47,061 nucleotides of DNA from Pseudomonadota bacterium. Lineage in GTDB: Bacteria; Pseudomonadota; Alphaproteobacteria; JAGOMX01. This document shows positions 9,160 to 18,359 of the stretch, in pieces (position 1 is the stretch's first letter; every line of letters starts with the position of its first letter). The notes under the pieces were generated by a model. It saw nothing but the letters and a program-made list of their open reading frames with translations, did no database searches and had not been told where the DNA came from. The position numbers and the translations under genes were made by a program. Where the stretch lies: NCBI GenBank assembly GCA_039714795.1, contig JBDLIP010000002.1, forward strand, positions 1 through 47,061, in the 5' to 3' direction.

Positions 9160-9765
9160 CTATGATGTAGACGGCTGGGAATTGCTTGGCTCAGCCAAAT
9201 GATTCAACCCGATGAAGACGTAGGCACCACCGGAGTAGATGGTTGTGAGTGCAACAGAGTACAGCATAGTTAGGTTGATCCAGGGGATCGTGATACCAAA
9301 AGCAGCATCTCCTAAAATCCACGCGACAAAAACAATTTGTAAAAAAGTATTGAGCTTGCTGCTCATGATGGGGCGTACAGGAAACGTTTTTCCAAGAACC
9401 GTTAACAGCAATACGCCACCCAAAATAAAAAGGTCCCGGAAAACAATAAGAATTACTAACCAGACCGGAATCATTGTCTTATAACCAAGGGTAAGATAGA
9501 GCCCTATCAACAGCACTTTGTCGGCTAAAGGATCTAAGTAGGCCCCAACGGTTGTCGATGCCTTGAGCGCGCGCGCCATAAATCCATCGACGATATCGGA
9601 GAGCCCTGCAATGGTTGCAGTGATGAATGCGGCCTGCATATAATTCATCAGGATTAGCCAGACTAATAATGGCACCGACAGCAGCCGCATAAGGCTCACT
9701 AAATTAGGCCAGCTTGAAATTACCAGGCGGAGGTGTTTGGATTTGTTCCCGTGGAGAGGATCCAT
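9160..9765 (-). CDS. pgsA: CDP-diacylglycerol--glycerol-3-phosphate 3-phosphatidyltransferase
   Basis: CDP-alcohol phosphatidyltransferase motif DGFMARALKASTTVGAYLDPLADKVL. N-terminal PNLVSLMRLLSVPLLV. The start at 9765 overlaps the upstream gene by 46 nt, and no later in-frame start preserves the conserved N-terminus. Confidence 0.85.
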   Translation of the reverse strand: MDPLHGNKSKHLRLVISSWPNLVSLMRLLSVPLLVWLILMNYMQAAFITATIAGLSDIVDGFMARALKASTTVGAYLDPLADKVLLIGLYLTLGYKTMIPVWLVILIVFRDLFILGGVLLLTVLGKTFPVRPIMSSKLNTFLQIVFVAWILGDAAFGITIPWINLTMLYSVALTTIYSGGAYVFIGLNHLAEPSNSQPSTS

Positions 9766-10856
9766 CTGTTATCGGCTCCTTGACTAAGTTGCAATCCACG
9801 AGCACCCAATGCTGACTCCAACGCTGGGAGAGATCCTGAATATTTCATTTGGATATTAGCTGTTTTACTAGACATAGATTTTAGCTGCACTTTGTTGACT
9901 GGTGCTACATCTTGGAGCACTCGTTGGACATGCATCCATGTGTTTAAGTTGGCAAGAGGGATGGTGATGCTAAGGGGCTGTTGCTGGGTATCTTTTACAG
10001 GAGAAGCTTCTGTGGTTGTTTGGCCTTCCCCAACCATAGCACGGCTAGATCCAGATTGTCCCGTGTGATCTAGTGCTTTCAGCGCCGAGATGGTTTGTGC
10101 AACTGCCTGGGACCATGGAGTAGATTCTTTTAGCGAAATTGTTTGGCTCTGTAATGTGCCGTCCAGGGTCGTCAAAGTGATAGCGATGGTGATATTGCCA
10201 TTTTTTTGTTGATGGGCAATGGCTAATAGAGCGCCACCAGCTCCATATCGGCGCGCCAGTTGGTGCAGGGCATTGATGTCTTGTGAGACCGCTTGCTCGG
10301 GGCTGACTTCTGAAATATCTGTCAAATCTCCCATCGGGATAATGATCGGGTGAGCTGTGCGAAAATGATTTTCCCGCAACCAGGATGTAAACCATGGATT
10401 ATCTCGTTCCCAAAGTTTGCGTTGTGTCGCCGTTTCCAAGACAGGTATGACAACCAGAGAGTCTTTTCGTCCTCCTTGGACTTTCACATTCGTTTGCTGC
10501 ATAAATTTTTTGACAGCGGCTTCATCAAAACGAAAATCGAGGGTGGCCACATAGCGGATAGCGGAATTCTTCTGCTTTTTGACTTCATAGTCTAATACCA
10601 AGTCCTCAAGTTTTTCTGGGGTAAGTCCTTCAAAATCAGGTGTTCCATCGTATCCTTGCAAGCGAGAAATAAGAATTTGAAAAGCCTTCATCCGACCATC
10701 TGCAAGAGCTTGCTCTTGTGCAGCCACAGCTGAGTCAGCTGTGGCATGGACTTGAATGTTACGCACAACGTATGTATCTACAAACGCATGCACAGGTGAC
10801 AAAACGGTGAAGCTAAGCCCTAAAAGCAAAATTAGAAGGCTTCGTACCAGCATCAA
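9720..10856 (-). CDS. secreted DUF2066-like protein
   Basis: Signal peptide MMLVRSLLILLLGLSFTVLSPVHA. The layout resembles DUF2066: N-terminal YVVRNIQVHATADSAVAAQEQALADGRMKAFQILISRL, a middle block SLVVIPVLE, and a C-terminal ferredoxin-like block. Family assignment is from memory of the family pattern only. Confidence 0.6.
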   Translation of the reverse strand: MMLVRSLLILLLGLSFTVLSPVHAFVDTYVVRNIQVHATADSAVAAQEQALADGRMKAFQILISRLQGYDGTPDFEGLTPEKLEDLVLDYEVKKQKNSAIRYVATLDFRFDEAAVKKFMQQTNVKVQGGRKDSLVVIPVLETATQRKLWERDNPWFTSWLRENHFRTAHPIIIPMGDLTDISEVSPEQAVSQDINALHQLARRYGAGGALLAIAHQQKNGNITIAITLTTLDGTLQSQTISLKESTPWSQAVAQTISALKALDHTGQSGSSRAMVGEGQTTTEASPVKDTQQQPLSITIPLANLNTWMHVQRVLQDVAPVNKVQLKSMSSKTANIQMKYSGSLPALESALGARGLQLSQGADNRWILSTGTNPNTSAW

Positions 10857-10858
10857 TA

Positions 10859-11281
10859 TTATCCTACAAGCTCGGTTGTGCTAAAGAAAAAGGGAATCTC
10901 AAAGCCAGCAGTTTCAGGTGAGTCGGATCCGTGTACAGAATTACGCTCGATGGATTCACCAAAGTCTTTACGGATGGTCCCTTCATCTGCATTTTCAGGA
11001 TTGGTTGCCCCCATGATGTCTCTATTTTTTTGAATGGCATCTTCACCTTCAAGGACTTGAACCACAACTGGTCCTGAAATCATGAAGGTGCACAGCTCAT
11101 CAAAAAAGGGACGTTCTGAGTGTACAGCATAGAATTGTTCAGCTTGAATCCGGGTCATCCACAAGCGCCTTTGCGCGATAATTTTAAGACCCGACTTTTC
11201 AAAGCGCGCGTTAATAGCGCCTGTAAGGTTCCTTTTGGTTGCATCCGGTTTAATAATCGATAACGTACGTTCTGTAGCCAT
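10859..11281 (-). CDS. ndk: nucleoside diphosphate kinase
   Basis: 140 aa. [11 protein letters not shown] at the N-terminus and active-site NSVHGSDS. Confidence 0.97.
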   Translation of the reverse strand: MATERTLSIIKPDATKRNLTGAINARFEKSGLKIIAQRRLWMTRIQAEQFYAVHSERPFFDELCTFMISGPVVVQVLEGEDAIQKNRDIMGATNPENADEGTIRKDFGESIERNSVHGSDSPETAGFEIPFFFSTTELVG

Positions 11282-11308
11282 GCGTTGCTCCTTAGTGTTA
11301 CAAATATT

Positions 11309-11761
11309 TTAAAGTGATTTGGCTTCCCACTTACCTGCGGGCGTCTGACACCAATAGCTTAATGTATGGCCTTTTTGGACATATTTTTCAATACGTGATT
11401 GCGCTTTTTGCAAAGCAATCTCGTTATTTCCATCAAATATATCTAAACAACGCTCGAAGGATTCAAGGTCGCTTGACTCCATACCATCGGTCAGCACAAG
11501 GATAGAGGCCTGATTAGGGTTTTCCCATTCAGATGTTAGCCAGATTTCTTGTTCTTCAGGAAATCCATCTTTTTTTGTGCCATGTGGCAGAAAAGTATTA
11601 CTGGAATAGGTCCACAAGACATGGTTAAGTTCTTCCACGCGATCTGTCGATGCAGCAAGAACCACTGCACGTTTTCCGGTATCCACCACTCGCTCCATCA
11701 GTTTGGGGAGCGTTTTTTCTAAAGGTGTTGCGGTTAAATGATAAATACTTACGTCAGTCAT
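11309..11761 (-). CDS. holC: DNA polymerase III subunit chi
   Basis: Chi-family pattern VSIYHLTATPLEKTLPKLMERVVDTGKRAVVLAASTDRVEELNHVLWTYSSNTFLPHG. Lies next to pepA as in many proteobacteria. Start taken at ATG 11761. The ORF extension to 11827 is encoded by a repeat element. Confidence 0.85.
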   Translation of the reverse strand: MTDVSIYHLTATPLEKTLPKLMERVVDTGKRAVVLAASTDRVEELNHVLWTYSSNTFLPHGTKKDGFPEEQEIWLTSEWENPNQASILVLTDGMESSDLESFERCLDIFDGNNEIALQKAQSRIEKYVQKGHTLSYWCQTPAGKWEAKSL

Positions 11762-11780
11762 AACACACTTTCTTAAGATT

Positions 11781-11873
11781 GCAGCTGAATCAAACTGTTG
11801 GTTTTCTGGTATACTCAAGGTGCTCATTTGTCTTCAAATATAAAATTGAACATTTTGATTCAGCACAAGTACA
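11781..11873 (-). repeat. MITE/RPE-like element, short copy with a deleted core
   Basis: GCAGCTGAATCAAACTGTTGGTTTTCTGGTATACTCAAGGTGCTCATTTG...AACATTTTGATTCAGCACAAGTACA matches both ends of the 27463-27581 copy. Confidence 0.85.
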
Positions 11874-11876
11874 GCT

Positions 11877-13379
11877 TCAAGACTCGTAATTATCCTTGAT
11901 CATACGATCCAACAAACGAACCCCAAAAGCAGTAGCACCTTTTTTCACGATAGGCAAATCTTTATCGGCCCAAGCAACTCCGGCAATATCCAAGTGTGCC
12001 CAAGGGGTGTCGTCTTCAACAAACCGTTGCAGGAATTGCGCAGCTGTAATACTCCCAGCTCCTCTCTTGCTCGTGATGTTTTGCACATCTGCTGACGGTG
12101 AGTCGAGAAGCCTATCGTAGTTTTTGTGTAAGGGGAACCGCCAAAGTTTCTCACCTACCTTGGCTCCAGCTTGTTCCAAACGCGTGGAGAGCTGATCATC
12201 ATTAGAAAACAATCCGGCATACTCATCACCCAAACTGACCACAATTGCGCCAGTAAGAGTTGCAAGATCAACAATGAACTGAGGCTTGAACTCTTTTTGT
12301 GCATAGTACAGTGCATCAGCGAGCACCAAGCGTCCTTCAGCATCAGTATTGATGACCTCAATAGTTTGGCCTGACATTGAGGTGACAATGTCTCCGGGTC
12401 TTTGTGCTCCACCACCGGGCATATTTTCCACAAGTCCTACAACCCCCACAGCATTGACTTTGGCTTTGCGACTGGCTAGCGCTTGCATGAGGCCAACAAC
12501 CACACCAGCACCGCCCATATCGTATTTCATTTCCTCCATCCCCGCAGATGGTTTGATGCTGATTCCACCTGTGTCAAAGGTGACACCCTTGCCAACAAAG
12601 GCCAACGGCGGCGTGGATTTATCTGTGCCATTCCACTGGATGACAGCAAGGTAGGATGGCTGGGTACTTCCCTGGCCAACGCCTAGCAGTGCGCCCATTC
12701 CAAGGGACTTCATTTTCTTTTCATTGAGGGTGTCAATTTTAAGCCCCGACGACTTTAAAGATTTAATGCGCTCAGCAAATGAGTCAGGATGGAGGACATT
12801 AGGGGGCTCAGATACCAATTCTCGGGTTAGGTAAATACCTGATAAAACATGCTTTTCGTATTCAAAAGCCCGTCTGGCAGCTTTTGGATTGGGCGTAATA
12901 AAAGTTATTTGTTGTAGCTTGGGTTTTTCATCTTCTTTTTTTTGGGTGTGATACTTATCAAAGCTCCACGAACGCAGGCAAGCACCCAATCCGACCAGTG
13001 TTGAGATTTTTTCTGAAGAAAATACAGGAAGGTCTAAATCACCAAGGCGAACTTCGGCAACCCGGTCTGGAGTTTGGGCGATCGATGCATAGATTCGCCC
13101 TCCCAAATCGGTGAGTTGGCATTCATCAATCTCGTCTTTTTCGCCCAATCCCACAGCAATAATCCGATCGAGATTTAGGCCATGAGGTGCGTTGAGGACA
13201 AGTATATCCTGTACATTTCCCTTAAAACGGCTTGCATCAAGAGCTTGCTGAAGACGTCCATGAATTTGCATATCTACATCTTTAGCGACTTTGGTCAAGG
13301 TATTGTTACTAAAAACGCCAACTACAAGGGCGTTTGTGTGCGACGCTGGTTGTGATGTAAACAGAATATCCATTAGCAT
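11877..13379 (-). CDS. pepA: leucyl aminopeptidase (M17)
   Basis: 500 aa. M17 signature NTDAEGRLVLADAL and metal-ligand context VGKGVTFDTGG. Confidence 0.96.
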   Translation of the reverse strand: MLMDILFTSQPASHTNALVVGVFSNNTLTKVAKDVDMQIHGRLQQALDASRFKGNVQDILVLNAPHGLNLDRIIAVGLGEKDEIDECQLTDLGGRIYASIAQTPDRVAEVRLGDLDLPVFSSEKISTLVGLGACLRSWSFDKYHTQKKEDEKPKLQQITFITPNPKAARRAFEYEKHVLSGIYLTRELVSEPPNVLHPDSFAERIKSLKSSGLKIDTLNEKKMKSLGMGALLGVGQGSTQPSYLAVIQWNGTDKSTPPLAFVGKGVTFDTGGISIKPSAGMEEMKYDMGGAGVVVGLMQALASRKAKVNAVGVVGLVENMPGGGAQRPGDIVTSMSGQTIEVINTDAEGRLVLADALYYAQKEFKPQFIVDLATLTGAIVVSLGDEYAGLFSNDDQLSTRLEQAGAKVGEKLWRFPLHKNYDRLLDSPSADVQNITSKRGAGSITAAQFLQRFVEDDTPWAHLDIAGVAWADKDLPIVKKGATAFGVRLLDRMIKDNYES

Positions 13380-13443
13380 TTCCTTTTTTAGTTACGCAAA
13401 ATTTCCCCCATTGTTGCACGACTGCTAACTAATTCCAAGGAGT

Positions 13444-13573
13444 TATACCCGTGCCGAATCAAAATGTTGAATTTTATGGCAATTAAAAGCGTGCAATTTA
13501 CATGGGTAAATGAGCACTTCGAGTTCCCTATGATCGTGTCAGGAAACAGAGGTTTTGATTTCACTTCGATATA
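13444..13573 (+). repeat. MITE/RPE-like element, chimeric copy
   Basis: The left end TATACCCGTGCCGAATCAAAATGTTGAATTTTATGGC is type 1 (as in 7806-7923). The right end CAGGAAACAGAGGTTTTGATTTCACTTCGATATA is type 2 (as in 7693-7809). The core is GGGTAAATGAGCAC. Confidence 0.85.
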
Positions 13574-13654
13574 TGAACGGAATTTTAAGATTTCCTGTGG
13601 GATAATATACTCATTCAACCTACTTCAAATCCCTGAGCTTAAAAAGGAGCCCAA

Positions 13655-14452
13655 ATGAAATCCGCAATGACTATTGCTATATTAGGGCTCATGCTGAACA
13701 CACCAGCTCTTAGCCTAACGCCTCTTAGCCTAACGCCTCATCGGGCCTATTACCGTGTGAAGTTGTTTTCAGTCAAGCAAGACAGTGATATTGCCGATGC
13801 TCAAGGGTTAATGGTCCTTGAGATGGAAGATGTGTGTAACGGTTGGACTATCGAGCAAAATTCCATGACCCGGGTTCAATACAAATCGCGCCCTGCTGAG
13901 ATTCTAAGGGCCAACTATGCAGCCTGGGAATCAAAAACTGGAGACAAGCTGAGATTTAATGCAACGCGAACTTATAACAATCGTTTCAAAGAAGGGGTGC
14001 AGGGGCAGGCTCATTTTTCTAACAGGAACGGTCGAATAAATTTTAACCAACCTGAGCGTAAGACCCTTCCCATTCAAGGGGGGACAATGCCGCCCGTTCA
14101 GCACATCCAAAGCTTACTTGCTGCTGCCCACGAAGGTGAGACAATGGTTTCAAAGCATGTTTTCGATGGTAGCTTTTATGGTAAGCCCGTCACCATCAAT
14201 GCTGCTATCATTCCAAAGAAAAGCGTTTGTGGGGTAGCGTCCATCAAGGGAGTAGATAAAATGGCATGGCCACTCAGACTTGCTGTTTTTAGTAGTGATG
14301 GAGAAAGTAGCCTGCCCAGTTTTGAAATTCAGCAGATGATGACCGATCAGGGGATTATGTGTACTTACAGGGTTGATTTTGGTGAGTACATCCTGGAGGG
14401 AACCTTGGAGAAGGTTGAGTTTATGCCCGAAAGCGCGTGTCAAAATCCTTGA
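13655..14452 (+). CDS. periplasmic DUF1849/EipB-like envelope integrity protein
   Basis: Signal peptide, then LTPHRAYYRVKL...GLMVLEMEDVCNGWTIEQN, which resembles the N-terminal pattern of alphaproteobacterial DUF1849 proteins. About 265 aa, as expected for the family. Confidence 0.55.
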   Translation: MKSAMTIAILGLMLNTPALSLTPLSLTPHRAYYRVKLFSVKQDSDIADAQGLMVLEMEDVCNGWTIEQNSMTRVQYKSRPAEILRANYAAWESKTGDKLRFNATRTYNNRFKEGVQGQAHFSNRNGRINFNQPERKTLPIQGGTMPPVQHIQSLLAAAHEGETMVSKHVFDGSFYGKPVTINAAIIPKKSVCGVASIKGVDKMAWPLRLAVFSSDGESSLPSFEIQQMMTDQGIMCTYRVDFGEYILEGTLEKVEFMPESACQNP

Positions 14453-14518
14453 CACTTTAGGCGTTTTGTTTTAACTTTTTGTACAAGAGCGAGATTCATT
14501 GATCAGAGATTTAAGGTT

Positions 14519-14686
14519 ATGGCCAAAGCAAATTCGATTACAATCAAGTTAGTGAGTACAGAAGGTACTGGTTACTATTATGTAACCAAAAAAAATCCTC
14601 GCACCATGACTGAGAAAATGCAGTTGCGTAAATACGACCCCAAATTGCGCAAGCATGTGATGTTTAAAGAAGCTAAAATTAAGTAG
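14519..14686 (+). CDS. rpmG: 50S ribosomal protein L33
   Basis: 55-aa ORF, too short for the ORF track. Translation: [55 protein letters not shown]. Confidence 0.93.
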   Translation: MAKANSITIKLVSTEGTGYYYVTKKNPRTMTEKMQLRKYDPKLRKHVMFKEAKIK

Positions 14687-14713
14687 GGGTTTTCATTACG
14701 ATCACAAGTGCGT

Positions 14714-15790
14714 TCAAATATTGGCGAGCTCTGGAATAGCCTCTCTAAGATTTGACACAAACCATTCAGGCAAAGGTTTGTGACGTCCATCTGCAACCAG
14801 TAACCCACGTGCAATTTCTGGATCCACCTTTACTAGATCAAGAAATATCTTTTTGCCTTGGCGAATAATTTGTGAATGTGATTCCATAATACCCATTTCA
14901 TTATCGGGTAATTCCTGTACTAAAAACTCACGGAACGTATGTGCCAAATAAATGAGCAAACCTCTGTCTTTATCCTTGTTTGGCCACTGGGCTTCACCCG
15001 CCATGATTGCAGCTATAGTGGGTTGATCGATGGCTTGCTCTAGTACTTCTACCTTAAACTGCCTGGCGTGTGGTAAAGACAAACAACCATAAGCAAGGGC
15101 TTCAACTTTAACCCTGTTTGCCTCACTCCCCATACGCTTTAACGCATTACTTAAAATGTGCCATGCACGGGGGGTCGAATAAGGTGTCTGGTCTTTTGTT
15201 GGTTCTTCCCATAACTGCTCCGGGTGCTCTCTAATATATTGGAGGATCAAAAAATGCAAATTGTTAGCTTCAGCCCATTCCATCCATTCATCAACTCGGG
15301 TTTCCATGTGCACATGGACAAGACGGTTAATCAAAGCTGAAGAGAGAGGGCGTGTAATAGAAACATCCTTGGGTCGGTTACCTGCACAAATAATGGCAGA
15401 ACCCGCAGGTAGTGTATAATCAGCAATACGTCTATCGTGAATAATACTGTAGAACGATTTTTGTACATCGGGCGAGCAAACATTGAACTCATCCAAAAAC
15501 AAGCAATAGGCGTTGTCTCTGGCGATAATTTTTGGCGGACAGAACTGCGAACGACCATCTGAAATTTGGGGAATACCCATCACATCTTCAGGCGCGAGTT
15601 GACTTCCCAAAAGTGAGACACATTCCAGTCCCATCTGCTCAGCAACACTTTCCACAATCGCTGATTTACCAATGCCTGGAGGTCCCCAAATAAAAACAGG
15701 GGAAGTTAACGTTACATCAAGAAGAAATTCTCTTAATTCTAGTGGTTTTAAAACAGGAAAGTCCTGATTTTCATAAAGTTCTTGAGCCAT
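14714..15790 (-). CDS. MoxR-like AAA+ ATPase (AAA_5-type), orphan
   Basis: Walker A WGPPGIGKS, Walker B CLFLDEFN, sensor-1 region IICAGNRP. Start taken at ATG 15790 (MAQELYENQ). Confidence 0.8.
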   Translation of the reverse strand: MAQELYENQDFPVLKPLELREFLLDVTLTSPVFIWGPPGIGKSAIVESVAEQMGLECVSLLGSQLAPEDVMGIPQISDGRSQFCPPKIIARDNAYCLFLDEFNVCSPDVQKSFYSIIHDRRIADYTLPAGSAIICAGNRPKDVSITRPLSSALINRLVHVHMETRVDEWMEWAEANNLHFLILQYIREHPEQLWEEPTKDQTPYSTPRAWHILSNALKRMGSEANRVKVEALAYGCLSLPHARQFKVEVLEQAIDQPTIAAIMAGEAQWPNKDKDRGLLIYLAHTFREFLVQELPDNEMGIMESHSQIIRQGKKIFLDLVKVDPEIARGLLVADGRHKPLPEWFVSNLREAIPELANI

Positions 15791-16072
15791 TGCGTATCCT
15801 CTTCGGAAAAATTCGTCCCTAAACAACAATGTACGCAAAGAGTGTGAAAAAAATATTAAATAAAAAAAGACACTCCCACGAATACATGAGAGTGGCAAGA
15901 ATTTTCTGCTTAAGTTAGTGCCATTGAACTACAAATCGACTTTTGACCTGGAATCCGCACAAATATTAAGTTGTTAAACCTTTTTCAGGGTTGTTTTAAG
16001 AAAATATTCGGATCTCTAATTGTATAATTCATGAAAATCAAATATCGTAAACATATTATACAGGAGAAACTA

Positions 16073-16603
16073 ATGAAAAATAAAAAAATTATTGTTATTG
16101 TAGCCACAATGGTTGCTTTAACTATATTTGGAAACGGATATGCAAAGTTTGAAAAAACTCCTTTCCCAAACATGCCACCAGAAATACAAAGCAATTTGTA
16201 CTATTTCTTGAGTGTTGTAGAGTATAAAGTAGAGCAAGTCAACCCAACTCAAAAAAATGATGAGAAAAAAGCAAAGATCACTGTGAAATTAACTGGAAAC
16301 CAAGCTAGTGTCATGACAGATCGCCCTTATCGAAAAACTGTGTCTACAACTGTTGAAAACTTCATTCATTACATTCAACGGCAAGAGAAAAAAGATCTCA
16401 ATCTCACACTGATGATCCACGGGAAGGACGATACTTACACTCCCATGTCTTTTGAACAAAATGGTGTCACCTACAATGCTCAGGATAAAACCATGACCTT
16501 TCAAGCAACACTTGTAGATTCAACAGCAACACAACAATGGATCAAGCACCCGGAAATGACAACAATCCAGGGGCGGTATACAACCTTAATGGCAGAGGGA
16601 TAA
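16073..16603 (+). CDS. secreted hypothetical protein (176 aa)
   Basis: The ATG at 16073 is preceded by AGGAGA. Signal peptide MKNKKIIVIVATMVALTIFGNGYA. No recognisable domain. The surrounding sequence is visibly A+T-rich. Confidence 0.55.
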   Translation: MKNKKIIVIVATMVALTIFGNGYAKFEKTPFPNMPPEIQSNLYYFLSVVEYKVEQVNPTQKNDEKKAKITVKLTGNQASVMTDRPYRKTVSTTVENFIHYIQRQEKKDLNLTLMIHGKDDTYTPMSFEQNGVTYNAQDKTMTFQATLVDSTATQQWIKHPEMTTIQGRYTTLMAEG

Positions 16604-16937
16604 GCCGTATACCATATAACTGAAGTGAAATCGTAACCATTCAGCTCCTGCCGGCCGGCATCCAATTTTTTAAGGCCAGAACAAAGGAATAATTGGATAC
16701 CGGATAGCTGGATTTTGCATGCCAGATTGGCAATGCGCCAATTCTAATTGTCGCCGAACATCCGCATCTGTGATAAAAATCATGAAAATAGGCTAATGTC
16801 TGAAATTTCTCGGCTCTAAAAGCCGCATAAAATAAGGATTTTGTTTTTTCATAAATTTGCCAAAAAGGAAACTTTTTACAGATGCGACAGAACCACGTTA
16901 CTTGATCATTTTGGTGCGTTTGCCCTGAGTACTTTCC

Positions 16938-18359
16938 TCATTTCAAACTCATCACATCCGATTCTTGAAAAAATCGATATTGTGCCTTGCCGCTGCGTTT
17001 GGCCTTATACATCGCCAAATCTGCATAGCGCAAACAAGACATTGAATCTACAGCTAGGTCTGGGCAAATAATGATGCCAACACTAACCCCTATTGATAAT
17101 GTCCTTCCATCATAGGTAAACCCTTGAGAGAAAATACGGATAATTCTTCGTGCCACTTCCTCAACATCCTTTTTCGAATCAAAACTGGGCAATAAAATGG
17201 CAAATTCATCGCCTCCAATTCGAGCGACTGTATCACCATCTCTGAGAACTTGCTGCAAATGCTGTGCAGTTACTTTTAACAGTACATCTCCAAAATCATG
17301 CCCCCACCGATCGTTCACCTGTTTAAATTCATCCAAATCCAAATACAGTACCGCAAATTGGCGTTTGTTACGTGGATATGTAGAGAAAATAGCTTCGAGC
17401 TTAGCCTCAAAGAGAGCTCTATTGACAAGGCCCGTTAGAGGATCGTGCCACGCCATGTACTCAAGATGTTGCTCCGCATTCTTATTGGACGTAACATCTT
17501 TATGTAAAGTCACGATCCCGCCATCAGCTGTGGCATTATTGATAACTTCAATCCAACGACCATCCCGAAAACGTTCAACGTAAGATTTAGACTTATTATA
17601 TTGATGCAGCCTTAAATCTATCCAACGCGTCAATCCATTTGAATTCTCCATCAAGCTCTGTTCGTTCTTACGCCGAGTAGAATTTTGCACACACTTTTCG
17701 TAATTCGAATACAGGAATGAATTGAGAGTCAAACCTTGTCCATCGACATTTTCGTCTAGCTCATATAAAGCTCTAAATTTTGAATTAGAGAACAACAATT
17801 CATGATTAGAGTCAAAAAGTGCAAATCCGGGTTCAAGACCTTCAATGGCTAATTTAAAGTATCTACGTGTTTCGCTTAATGCAGACAAAAGCTCATGCTC
17901 ATAAGCCACGTATCTTGTGCTCCTCATATAAAGTTGCAATCGTTTTTTAAGACATTCTTTGTGGAATGGTGGAGCAATATAATCCAAAACCAACTCCTGA
18001 AAAGAAGCAAGAGTTGCCGGATGAGTTTCTGAATCAATGACAAGAACAATCGGACTGATATGATCCTGGATTGTTTGAATTACTGACAACCCCTGCGATA
18101 TCCTTCCTCTTATATCGAGAAACAAAAGATCTAAAGGATTTTCTTGAACCATATGCAGTAGAGCATCCACATTATTTGTAAAATCTACCGCACAATTTTG
18201 TGTCTGCAAACAGTTCAATAAATCTACGTTATTGTTTCCACCTAGCTCAAGTATTGCAGACCTACATGTGTCCAAATCTAAGATTGGGGGAAGGTTTACA
18301 GGGAGAATTGTAGACCGAAAGGATTGTTTTTCATCGCCATGACACTTCATTGAATTCAC
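16938..18359 (-). CDS. diguanylate cyclase with degenerate receiver-like N-terminus and PAS domain
   Basis: Intact GGDEF A-site (ARIGGDEFAILL) with an RxxD I-site five residues upstream (RDGD). PAS-like segment FALFDSNHELLFSNSKFRALYEL. REC-like segment DLLFLDIRGRISQGLSVIQ. Confidence 0.88.
   Translation of the reverse strand: MNSMKCHGDEKQSFRSTILPVNLPPILDLDTCRSAILELGGNNNVDLLNCLQTQNCAVDFTNNVDALLHMVQENPLDLLFLDIRGRISQGLSVIQTIQDHISPIVLVIDSETHPATLASFQELVLDYIAPPFHKECLKKRLQLYMRSTRYVAYEHELLSALSETRRYFKLAIEGLEPGFALFDSNHELLFSNSKFRALYELDENVDGQGLTLNSFLYSNYEKCVQNSTRRKNEQSLMENSNGLTRWIDLRLHQYNKSKSYVERFRDGRWIEVINNATADGGIVTLHKDVTSNKNAEQHLEYMAWHDPLTGLVNRALFEAKLEAIFSTYPRNKRQFAVLYLDLDEFKQVNDRWGHDFGDVLLKVTAQHLQQVLRDGDTVARIGGDEFAILLPSFDSKKDVEEVARRIIRIFSQGFTYDGRTLSIGVSVGIIICPDLAVDSMSCLRYADLAMYKAKRSGKAQYRFFQESDVMSLK

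Noticed and set aside
13388-13658. ORFs 13388..13618(-) and 13464..13658(+), and likewise 7469..7711(+) and 27380..27586(+)
   Set aside because: All are read through copies of the palindromic repeat family, which is open in several frames. The same peptide strings recur wherever the element occurs, which argues against genuine genes.
16640-16680. 12-nt GC palindrome TGCCGGCCGGCA followed by a T-run, as a terminator for the 16073..16603 gene
   Set aside because: The usable stem is only about 4 bp once a loop is allowed, and the T-run is offset. This is not convincing.
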